A program made the translations under genes and the position numbers. The notes under the pieces were generated by a model, which searched no databases, was not told the origin of the DNA, and saw only the letters and a program-made list of their open reading frames with translations. From the NCBI RefSeq assembly GCF_009914755.1, contig NC_060929.1: 64,000 nt of DNA. The stretch is one strand, 5' to 3'. This DNA comes from the human T2T-CHM13v2.0 reference genome, Homo sapiens. Of this stretch, positions 30,236-64,000 are shown piece after piece (position 1 is the first letter of the stretch; every line of letters starts with the position of its first letter).

Positions 30236-31271
30236 TCAAGGGCCCTCACTTTCTTATGGAAAGAAGTCTGAGCTCTCCTATGCCCTCTCACATGGCCTTT
30301 TCTCCTGCCTTCTCTCTCACTATAAGCTCTCCTCCTCAGCTTAGCTGGCCACCTCCCCAAACCAATTCTGTACTCATCCAACTCCATTGCTTCTTTCACC
30401 CTTTGCTCATCCTGCCCTGAATCCCTGGATTCCCCACTGGTATCTATATTAACCTTACCTGTCATTTAAGGTCAGTTGAGGTCGCACTTTTCAGAGAAGA
30501 CTCTGAAAAGTCTTCTCTGGTGATTCTACGTCTCTCTTGATCAAGAGTACTTAGTAGATTAGCAGGAGACTCTTAGAGGCTGGTGGGACAGCACAGAGAC
30601 CTGGTATCTGTCAGGGCAGAGGGGTGTGAATGGAGGAGGACTTGTTGGTGAGCCCATACAAGATGTTCCCTAGAGACTTACAGAAACACTGTGGAGGAGA
30701 GAGATGTTTTGCAGGGAGCCAGAGGGGAAATCTGTTTATATTTTATTCTTTATTTTCCAGATTAAGCAGTTTACCAGTGTTCTACCTTGATACCTGACAA
30801 AATTTAAAAATTAGATTCACCAAAGCAGGCGAATTTCCAAGCACAGAGGTATCTAAACAGTGCTATGAAATTCATTTGCAAAGATAGAAACATAGGTCCA
30901 TACTGCTCTCCTGTCTGATGGAAGAAAAAGAAACTCTCCTCTCATAGGAGTGTTTGTTCTCTGGCCAATAGAGGGAACACCAAACAGGAAGACCCCTCCA
31001 TTACTAAGTACTTCTATGCTCATGTTTAAATTGTGATTCTGGAAGATGGTAATGGAGTTGAGTCCCCAGGCAAAAGAAGGAACAGATAGTATATGTGAAA
31101 AAGAGAAACTGATGGGTGATTTCGTGTCTACAAGTTGATGGTTGGTTCTTAGAGGAAGGATGGCTAATCAGTTGTCTCCATCTTTGCAGGAACAGGCAAG
31201 AGAAAATGAGCCTCTGTCAAGGAGTAACAGTAATAAGGGCCAGCATTTATTAAGCACGTACTACATGTTAA

Positions 31272-37494
<6,223 letters not shown>

Positions 37495-39784
37495 CAATAT
37501 CTGTACATATTCCTAAAGAATAGTTTTTAAATTGTTCTGAGTTTCATAAAAAAGGATATTATGTTGTATGTAATCTTTCAGGATTTATTTTATTTTTCAC
37601 TTGATATTTTGCTAAAATCCGTCTGTATCATTGCATTTCACTGTAGTTCATTCATTTTGACTGATGTAAAATAATCCAATACATAAATATACCGCAGTTT
37701 ATAATCTACTCTCTTACTGATGGGCAACTGCATTGTTTCTAGGATTTAGTTCTTGCGCACGCTGCTATTATGAACATTATTGTCAATGTCTCCTGTTGTA
37801 CCCGTGCAAGCATTTCTCTAGAAAATCAATTGACGCTTCCCCCAGCCATGGATGAGAGAGCCTCTGGATCCATATCCTCTGGTATTGATGTTTCCATGGT
37901 TTGGGATCTATGTTGTCAAGTTGCTTTCCAGGTGGTTAGATCAGTTTGCCTCTCCTCCAGCAATGCAGGAGAATGCCCATTGCCCCAAACTCCTTCCAAC
38001 ACTGGGAATCTTTAAAAGATTTTTGACCATTTCATAGGAGAAAGATAACATCTCCCTGCTGTTTAACTTTGTGGTAAGGTACTGACTGTTTCAGAAGCTG
38101 AGCGAGAAGGGATTTGGTTCAGAGAATCGTTCCCAGTCTGATAATTTCAGTGATATTTCTGGAACTGATTACCCAGTGGCTCAGATGCTTTCCCATGTCC
38201 TGAAAGAGGTGACACTGTTGGAAGGAGGGAGTGAGGGGGGCCAGGATGGGAAACAAGCCCAATCACCACAGTGCAAGCTTGTCTTCTGGTCCCAGCCCCT
38301 GCCAATGTCAGATCACTTTTTCTCCTAATGAAATAGGCATTATCTCCCCCTACTCCCCACCCGAGAAAAGCCAGTATAATTCTACCCTTTGTTATTTGAA
38401 TTGATAAATTTAAACCTCCTTCCCTCTCTGCAGTAAAAGAACTTTCTATTTTGGGCTCGGTGACATAGCCAACACCAAGCAGAGAGCAGCAGGCTGCAGC
38501 ATGAGTTAATAGTTTTTCTTCAAGGGAGAGCGAATCCATAAGCAAACAGAAGGCCCTTCCAAACTGTGTCGTCTGCATAGCAACATGCAGCCCATTCGCC
38601 TGTCTTTATGCTGACGAATATATTTCTGAAAGGCTGAAAATTGAATACTACCTAATCTTCAGAGGAAGCTGGTGCATTAATTCTGAATTAATCAGGTTTC
38701 TTAATTCCAATCAATTTCCCTCCTCCCCACCCTGTGTACCTAACACTGGAATAGGTACTGTCAGGGAAGGGAATTCTGTTTTCAAGTGGATTTCTAGTCA
38801 CCAAAGATTTAAGGAGTGCCCAAAACATTTTTCCTAAGAATATGACTTCCTCTGCTAGTCTGTTTCCATGCATGAAATCCCCCATATTGGGGTAGAATCC
38901 TGGGTCTTACAAGCCCCCAGGCATGCATAGAGGCATGTTCAGTTTTTCTTATGGGAAGTTTTCAATACTCACAAAAGTAGAGATAATAATATAATAAACA
39001 CCCATTACCTATTGCTTGGCCTCAACGATTAACAATATATGGCAGTCTTGTTTTATCTATACCCCACCCCTCCCTCACCATCATTTTAAAGCAAATTTTA
39101 AAGCAAATCATGGTTATCTTCATATTTAAATACTATAAATTCTATAACAAATAAGGACTTTTTTCAATAACCACTATGTCACATATAAAACAATTAAAAA
39201 TAATTCCTAATATCAACTGGTATCCAGCCAGAAATCAATTTGCCCTGACTTTCCTAAATGTCATTCTGTAATAGTTTATTCTAATCAGAAGCAAAACAAT
39301 GTCATTTGTATTTGTTATATCTCTTATGTCTTTTTTAGTTTATAACATACATATGTGTGTGTGTATATATATGTGGGCATGTATATATGTGTATGTGTAT
39401 TATTTTTCTTGTTGTTTTGTTTTTGTTTTTTGAGACAGGATCTCTCCCTGTTGCCCAAGCTAAAGTATAGTGGCACAATTATAGCTCACTGTAGCCTCAA
39501 ATTCCTGGGCTCAAGCGATCCTCCCACCTCGGCTTCTCTAGTAGCTGGGACTACAGGCACATACTCCCATGCCCAGGTATTTTTTATTTTATTTTTTTCT
39601 GGAGACAGGATCTTACTGTGTTGTCCAGGCTGGCCTTGAACTCTTGATTTCAAGTGATCCTCCCACCTTGGCCTCCCAAAGTTCTAGAGATTACAGGCCT
39701 GAACCACTGTGCCCAGCCTTAATTTATAACAATTCTTCCTTTTTTTTTTATAGCCCTACTTTTTGGTGTTGTTGAAGATAATGG

Positions 39785-40660
<876 letters not shown>

Positions 40661-40757
40661 AGGACCATCAGTTGAGCCTGCCTTTCCTCCACCAGCCAGG
40701 AAAGATGTTGCAAACAATGGAAGCCTGGTGGAAGAGAGAAAGGGTGGAGTTTGTTTG

Positions 40758-40930
40758 CAGGGCCATATCCTACAGTTGTACATACTGTGCCATGAACAGC
40801 CAAGGAGACGAGCTGAGATGAATCCAGCTCTACTTGCCACACCTGTGCCTTACTGTGGGACTGCATCTCCAGGATGAAGAAGCACCTTTTCTAATATGCA
40901 TAGATACCATATAGGCAAGAGGAGTCCCCA
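40758..40930 (+). mobile_element. MER91-like (hAT-Tip100) element, copy 1
   Basis: Starts cagggccatatcctacagttgtacatactgtgcc and ends gcaccttttctaatatgca...catatagg, resembling recalled MER91 termini. Confidence 0.5.
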
Positions 40931-41105
40931 CATGGATGGTAAAAGGTCATTTAACCTAACTTGAAATTATTGGGTATCTATGGAACACATGCTACTTTAG
41001 AGAATACTAGGGCTTGTTTCAGCTTAAGAGGCACACACAAGTAGGCCAAGAAATATCTTAGAGTATCTCAAAAATGATGCTGGGTTGACTCAAATGTTGT
41101 TTTAA

Positions 41106-42266
<1,161 letters not shown>

Positions 42267-42704
42267 GAGCAAGATAGCAAAAGAGCAAGACAGCATCATA
42301 TATCCCTGAGTTTGATAAAGGTCAGCGTGTTATAAGACAGCTCACAGAATCCAGGTGTAAATTTCTGTCAATAAGATTATTAAAAAGCTATGATCATGCT
42401 GTTAAAGCCATGCTAGTGGTCAACAGCTGGGTCGAGGAAAACGTCAAATGGCAAGGCCCAGAGCACTTAAGAAAAAAAAGAAATTATTAGGGCTCAGGTA
42501 TAGAGTATTAAGTTAATCGCACTTTTCAGTTCATGGCTCATTATACTATGATCAGTCCATCCAAAGCCCCTTACTTTTCTTTTATTTTTTTTTTTAGACG
42601 GAGTTTTGCTTTTGTCGCCAAGGCTGGAGTGCAATGGTGCAAATATATACATATATATATATATTTTTTTTTTTGGTTTGTATGTATGCATTCATGTGAA
42701 GTGT

Positions 42705-43242
42705 TGTCATGCCCAGGGTCAGGTTCTGGTCCATGCTGAGGTCCGAAGGCAGTGGGTGGATGGGTGGCAGATAGCTGAAAGAACACTCAGAGGGCTGCAG
42801 GCAGATGAAGTATGGTTTTATTCAGCGGCTCTCTTACACCGTCTGTCTCTGTCTTGGCTGCTTGCTCTGGCTCTGCGGCTCCTGCCGCTCCCACACACAG
42901 CTGCACAGCCAGCTCTCCCTATGGGGTCAGCAGCTTAACTCTTTCTCTCTCTGGGCACAAGTCAAGCCGAGCCCTGGCTCCCCTCTGTCCATCTACTAGA
43001 TGGAGAGCTTTGGCTCTCTCTCTTTCTCTGGGTGTGTGCTGTATGCACAGTGTCAGCAAGGCAGTTGTACCTTATACGAACAATAGTGGCTCCGAGCTAG
43101 GTGATGAGCCTTCCCATGTTATGGCTACATAACTGTGATTATATTACAAATGGAGTTATGCACCGGCATGCCAATCCCACTGAGTCATGCAGGATGTTTA
43201 CCTTGGTCTATCCTTGACCAAAGCACATCCATGTACCTTACA
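42705..43242 (-). mobile_element. Solo LTR18-family (ERVL) LTR
   Basis: Minus strand reads TGTAAGGTACATGGATGTGCTTTGGTCAAGG...CATGACA (TG...CA). 5-bp TSD AGTGT at 42700-42704 and 43243-43247; AATAAA at 42817-42822. Confidence 0.85.
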
Positions 43243-43342
43243 AGTGTGTTGTTTGGTTTGCATGTATTTTAATTTACATTAGTATTATTGTGTTATATAT
43301 CTCATTCTGTCTTCCTTTTTTTCACTTCTCACTTTGTTTTTA

Positions 43343-43658
<316 letters not shown>

Positions 43659-43854
43659 CCCTATACATCTTGCTATGTAAACATCTAGTCCATGATTCTG
43701 ACTGCTGCAGAGTACTCCATAGTGTGCACCCGCCACATTTGTCCTCTCTGCTTCCCCAGTACTGGGCACCCCCAAGTGCCTCCAACTTCCCACCACCAAG
43801 ACAATGCTACCATAAGCAGCCACATGTGTGATTCATTTTGGGCCCATGTGGGAA

Positions 43855-44372
<518 letters not shown>

Positions 44373-44596
44373 CAAACAAACATCCCCTCATTCTCACTTC
44401 CACCAGGTTTCTGTTTGCAACATCTGTCCTGGTTGGTATAGGAAAGGGGAGGGTGTCAATTGACACAGAAATCTCATCATAGAATATGCGTATACTTAAT
44501 TTGACCGATCAGTGCCATATTGCAAGAGCACTTTATACATGGGCAGACAACACAGTTTATGTGCGTTCCACAGGAACTGGAAAGTCAGGTATGGCT

Positions 44597-44923
44597 GCAG
44601 CACACTGGTGGTAGAGCAGATGTGCCTGCCTGAGGCCAAGGTACTGCACTCGCCCACTTTGTCTTGGAGATGACAGAGAAACATCTTTTCCCTTAACACT
44701 ACTGTCCTCTCATGTGTAGAACACAAGCAATGTGACTGGCCTCATATACCCAGGTCAGCAGCACACTGGTGGTAGAGCAGATGTGCCTGCCTGAGGCCAA
44801 GGTACTGCACTCGCCCACTTTGTCTTGGAGATGACAGAGAAACATCTTTTCCCTTAACACTACTGTCTTCTCATGTGTAGAACACAAGCAATGTGACTGG
44901 CCTCATATACCCAGGTCAGCAGC
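44597..44923. repeat. 161-bp tandem duplication (2 copies plus 5 bp)
   Basis: 44597-44757 and 44758-44918 are identical except C44707/T44868. GCAGC occurs at all three boundaries. Confidence 0.97.
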
Positions 44924-46635
44924 TCTGAGTGGCTCTGCCACAAGTGGTGGAGCTCTGGTCCTGAGCCATCCTGCGTTTGCCCTTTGGTGAGCAACCTGTG
45001 CCAGACACAAATAGAGACTGACAGTTCCCACTGAAGGACACCAGGACAGGCATAGATTCAGCCATCCAGGACAGTTCTATTAAACTGGTAAGGTTTAAAA
45101 CTCATCAGAAATTCTTAGAATTCTTGAATTGATCTGAATTCCATTCAGATACATTTAAGCTCTCTTAAAACAACCATGTATGGAGGTAAATGAAGCACCT
45201 AAATTATAAAGAGAGCTGTTACTCATTTTCATGCTGATGTTTTCTCATGTCAAATGAGGATAATCACAATGATAACTTCTATAAGAAGACAGAAGACACA
45301 ATTCATGATGTTTTGGGAAGGAATCAATGAATTTTTCAGGTGATTTCTGAAAGAGGATCCCAGAAATCAAACAATGACTATCTTTCTTGTGCTCATGAAC
45401 TTAGAATTACACCTCAGGACTTACAATAAGCCTGGGTAACAGCCCATTACGCAAGGATGTGAATCACTCTGAATACCACAGCTATGACCATTATTATGGG
45501 CAATTATAAGTAAGCAAGGAGGTGGGCTTTGTAAAACAGTATGAAGGAACAGAGGGAGAAAGGTATACACCAGTATGTGCATAAACAAACAATCAGAATC
45601 CAGAAGATATTTACTACCAAGGGGACCTAAACATAAAAACCATAATATAAGCTCGGCATGCAGAAAGATGAGCACAGGTTAAAACCTGGAGACGGCTGCT
45701 ATGTGACAGGACAGACACAGGGATTCACAAATGGCCTGGATGGTTCCCCTAAGACAAAGACATCCACCATCCAGTGGTGCCTGACCTATCCTTTTTGAAG
45801 GGCTCAGCATGGCTTTATTCCCTTCTATCCCTTGCCCCAGAAATGCATCACCCCCTCAGGGTCCTAGAGCCTACCTGTTCCTGCAGTGTCTCTTGGTTAG
45901 ATCCCCGTCCCTATATCCTCAGAGTCATTAACTAACTCACATCTTTGGGCTCTTGATGTTCCATTTAAAAAGGTCAGCATTGGCTTCTACTCCATGTGAA
46001 TCCAGAGTCAGCATCTTTCCCTGCTGTGTCAGCCCAGGCCCTGCTCTTTTATCTTGAAGAATCGGCTCCTGTAGCTCATTGCAAGGTCTCATTTTGAGTT
46101 TGGATTCTCAGGCTACCTTTACCATCCTCCCTTCGACTTGATTCAAAGTCTAAAGTGTGCCATGTTTGTTTATTTGTGTATTTATTTATTGGATTTAAAA
46201 TATCTTTCTCCTGAGAGGCTCAAAGCTCATAAAAATTTTTCAAGGAGCAGCTACTTAATAATGATTAAGAAGTTATGCTACCATATGACTAATCCAGAAA
46301 TAGGCCCAAATTAAGGCAAGGAAGATTTGAGTTGGCTCCTGAGGAAGTATTTGACAAAAGAGGAAACACAAGGTTGGACTAGGCTATGGGCACAGGACTT
46401 GATGGGAACTTCATCTCATCCTGGAGTTCTTCAAGGAGACAGAGCCGGGGATCTCACATAGGCTATACTCGAGGATTGCCTGCCTGCAAGCAGGGAAAAG
46501 CCAGGGCTCCTTTTATATCGGGGAAAACTTCAGAAGGGTGGCTAGGTGTTATACTTTCAAGCTATAATTCTGTATTCTTAATGATTGAAAAGCACCTATT
46601 TCTAGAGTAATAATTAGGACTGAGAGCCTGCCTAG

Positions 46636-52700
<6,065 letters not shown>

Positions 52701-54259
52701 ATGGGATAAGGGTATATTTCTCATGGAGTTGCTGGGAGGATTCAGTTGGATTAGGCATGTCAAATGCTTAGCACAATGCCTGGCACAGTTCAATATATGA
52801 TAACTCTTATCCTCTAAATTTCAATCTGTTAAGGTCCAGCTATTTGTCAAGACCTAGCTTAGCTGATACCACCCTGTGAAGCCTTTCCAGTTCCTCCAGC
52901 TGAAAGTCATCTCTTCTCCTCTGGGATCCCACAGCTCATGCACCGTCTCTTTCTCATCCCTAACTACTTTCTTGTACTCTAATTATTTATATGCACATCT
53001 TTTCTGCTCTGCTTTAATGAATCCCTGCTACGTGCTAAGTGCCATAAGTTCCATGGGGGAATAAAAGATGAAGAAAACTTGGTTCCTTGCTGTACAACTG
53101 TTCACATTCTAGTTAGCAAACAGGGCAATTCAAATACAATTCACCAATGTTTGTTGAATAAAGTTGAGGCTCATGATCATCCTTATAGGTTTCTGTTCCT
53201 CTGAGGTTCTCTTTTACAGAAGAATCTCAAAGTGTAAGCTAGATTTTAGGCCCAGGACCATTTCCCTACTATTAAGCAGAAGTTATCTCTTGAGGGCAAA
53301 TACAGTGAAATATAATTTAACATAGCTGAGTTTAGTGTACTATCAAGGGAAAAGTAATATTAGCGATGTCAGAGTCAAGTGATACCATTGTACTATGACT
53401 TCCTGTGCTCCCAAAGCTTTTGCCAAAATAAATACACAGTATTGGACCTAAAATATTGCATAGGGCTATGAATCACTTCTAGCCTCCTTTTTCTGAGAAG
53501 GTAGTTGTGATGAGCATTCTTGGTATACTTGCAATTCAAGGCAGAGCAGATGGTGAAGGCTGCATGCCCATACTGCATCCTCTGATCCTGTCTGCAGATG
53601 CTCAAGGCCATGAGGTAAACAGCCCCTTTGGGCTTCCAATCCTAACTGCTGAAGGAGTCCTCTCTCTTGTACTAAATGACACTTTAAGTCACTGCCAGGT
53701 TCTGAATGTCATCAAGACTTCAAATGAGGCTGTTCAGGCTCCTGCATCACCCAAATACCAAAAGATGACACCTGTAGCGCCTACCACATGAGGAAACAGA
53801 GCAGCTGGACAGCATATTTTGACCATGTGAATGGGGCACATGTCATCAGGTTGGCCTCTCATGAAATGACTGCCCTGGGCTGCCAGAGAAAAAGTGGCTT
53901 GTTCTCCTGGGCAAGATACCCACCCCCTTTCTTCTCTGCCCTTCTCTCCAGGCTGGCTGAGAATGACAACCTTGTGATAGGTCTAGGCTGGTTTCCTCAC
54001 TCTATCTCCAGAGTTGTAACTCTGTGGGTAACTATGAGAGAGGAAGTTTTACTCACATATGGGCCCTTCCATGTTTCTGAACATAATGTGTTTCTGAAAC
54101 ATATCAAAAAGACAAATGTATGAAAGTCAAACAATAGGCTTAAATGTGTTAAGGGCAGTTCATTCCCAGAAAGCTAAAAATATTATGAAATGCCCAATTA
54201 TATTTCACATTTTAATCACCGCATTGAACAATGTATTTTTAGAATTTGTAGATATTGTT

Positions 54260-60140
<5,881 letters not shown>

Positions 60141-60219
60141 GATAAGAGGCTGGGTGTGGTGGCTCACGCCTGTAATCTCAGCACTTTGGGAGGCCAAGGC
60201 AGGTGGATCACAAGGTCAG

Positions 60220-61299
60220 TATTGGGAGAACCAGCCCCCAATATTTCAAAGTAGGTTCTTTTCTATTTTCCCTAAGTGTTGGCTGGTCTGAGAAATAAAG
60301 AGAAAGAGTACAAAGAGAAATTTTACAGCTGGGCCTCCGGGGGTGCCATCACATATTGGTAGGACTGTGATGGCAACCCCAAGCCACAAAACCAGCAAGT
60401 TTTTATTAGGGATTTTAGAAGGGGAGGGAGTGTACGAATAGGGAGTGGGTCACAGAGATCACATGCTTCAAAAGGCAATAAAAGATCACAAGGCAAAGGG
60501 CAGAGCAAGATCACAAGGCCAGGGCAAAATTAGAATTACTGATGAGGTTCCATGTCCCACTGGGCACGCATTGTCATTGATAAACATCTTAACAGGAAAC
60601 AGCGTTCGAGAGCAGACAACTGGTCTGACTAGAATTCACTAGGCTGGAATTTCCTAATCCTAGCAAGCCTGAGGGCACTGCAGGAGACCAGGGTGTACTT
60701 CCTCCCTTATCTTCAACTGCATAAGACAGACACTCCCAGAGTGGTCATTTTAGAGACCTCCCCCTGGGAATGCGTTCCTTTCCCAGGGTTATTCCTTGCT
60801 GGGAAAAGAATTCAGTGATATTTCTCCTATTTGCTTTCTGCAAGAAGAGAAATATGACTCTGTTCTGCCTGGCCCCACAGGCAGTCAGACCTTATGGTTA
60901 TCTCCCTTGTTCCCTGAAAATCGCTGTTATCCTATTCTTTTTTAGGATGCCCAGATTTCATATTGTTCAAACACACATGTTTTACAACAATTTGTGCAGT
61001 TAACGCAATCATCACAGGGTCCCGAGGTGACACACATCCTCAGTTTACAAAGATGATGGGATTAAGAGATTAAAGTAAATACAAGCATATTAAATTATAA
61101 GAGCATTGATTGGGGAAGTGATAAATGTCCATGAAATCTTCACAATTTATGTTATTCTGCCGCGGCTTCAGCCGGCCCCTCCGTTCAGGGGTCCCTGACT
61201 TCCCATAACAAGTGAATCTACCATTCTGGGGTCTGGAGGATGGTGGCCCTCTTCTCACAGCTCCACTAGGCAGTTCAGAGTCCCTGACTTCCCGCAACA
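60220..61299 (-). mobile_element. MER11 (ERVK/HML-8) solo LTR inserted into an Alu
   Basis: Minus strand starts TGTTGCGGGAAGTCAGGGAC and ends GAAATATTGGGGGCTGGTTCTCCCAATA. 6-bp TSD GGTCAG at 60214-60219 and 61300-61305. The host Alu is 60148-60219 plus 61300-61530. Confidence 0.92.
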
Positions 61300-61327
61300 G
61301 GTCAGGAGTTCGAGATCACCCTGACTA

Positions 61328-64000
<2,673 letters not shown>

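Noticed and set aside
38147-38578. 143-aa ATG-initiated ORF
   Set aside because: No similarity to any protein I recognise and no supporting gene structure.
44597-44923. CRISPR-like array or repeated coding exon
   Set aside because: Two contiguous copies with no spacers in a eukaryotic context. The duplicated ORFs are short and unrecognisable.
53393-54123. Adjacent ORFs in unique-looking DNA (possible pseudogene or exon of a neighbouring gene)
   Set aside because: No recognisable protein motif, poly-A tail, TSD or convincing splice pair.

Overview
Primate (very probably human) genomic DNA covering the 5' end of PPP2CA, the PP2A catalytic subunit alpha gene, on the minus strand. It contains coding exon 1 (23409-23510), coding exon 2 (3570-3779), a 19.6-kb intron 1 and a CpG-island promoter (about 23030-24660) with a palindromic CRE, YY1, NRF1 and G4 motifs. 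The MIR3661 hairpin lies antisense to exon 1. The remaining ~40 kb upstream is Alu-dense with no recognisable coding gene. It holds a solo LTR18, a MER11 LTR inserted into an Alu, MLT1, MER91-like elements and old L1/L2/MIR fragments; intron 1 also carries Tigger-family elements. Almost all ORFs in the supplied track are Alu or GC-rich artefacts. I found no convincing new multi-gene biological system. The most unusual items are structural: a MER11 LTR with a duplicated terminus sandwiching a foreign MaLR-internal fragment, a near-perfect 161-bp tandem duplication, an ancient inverted duplication around the LTR18, a 29-bp palindrome centred on the promoter CRE, a bZIP/ARE motif cluster in intron 1, and several template-switch scars. 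Repeat family names come from recalled consensus sequences, and repeat boundaries are approximate unless a TSD is given.
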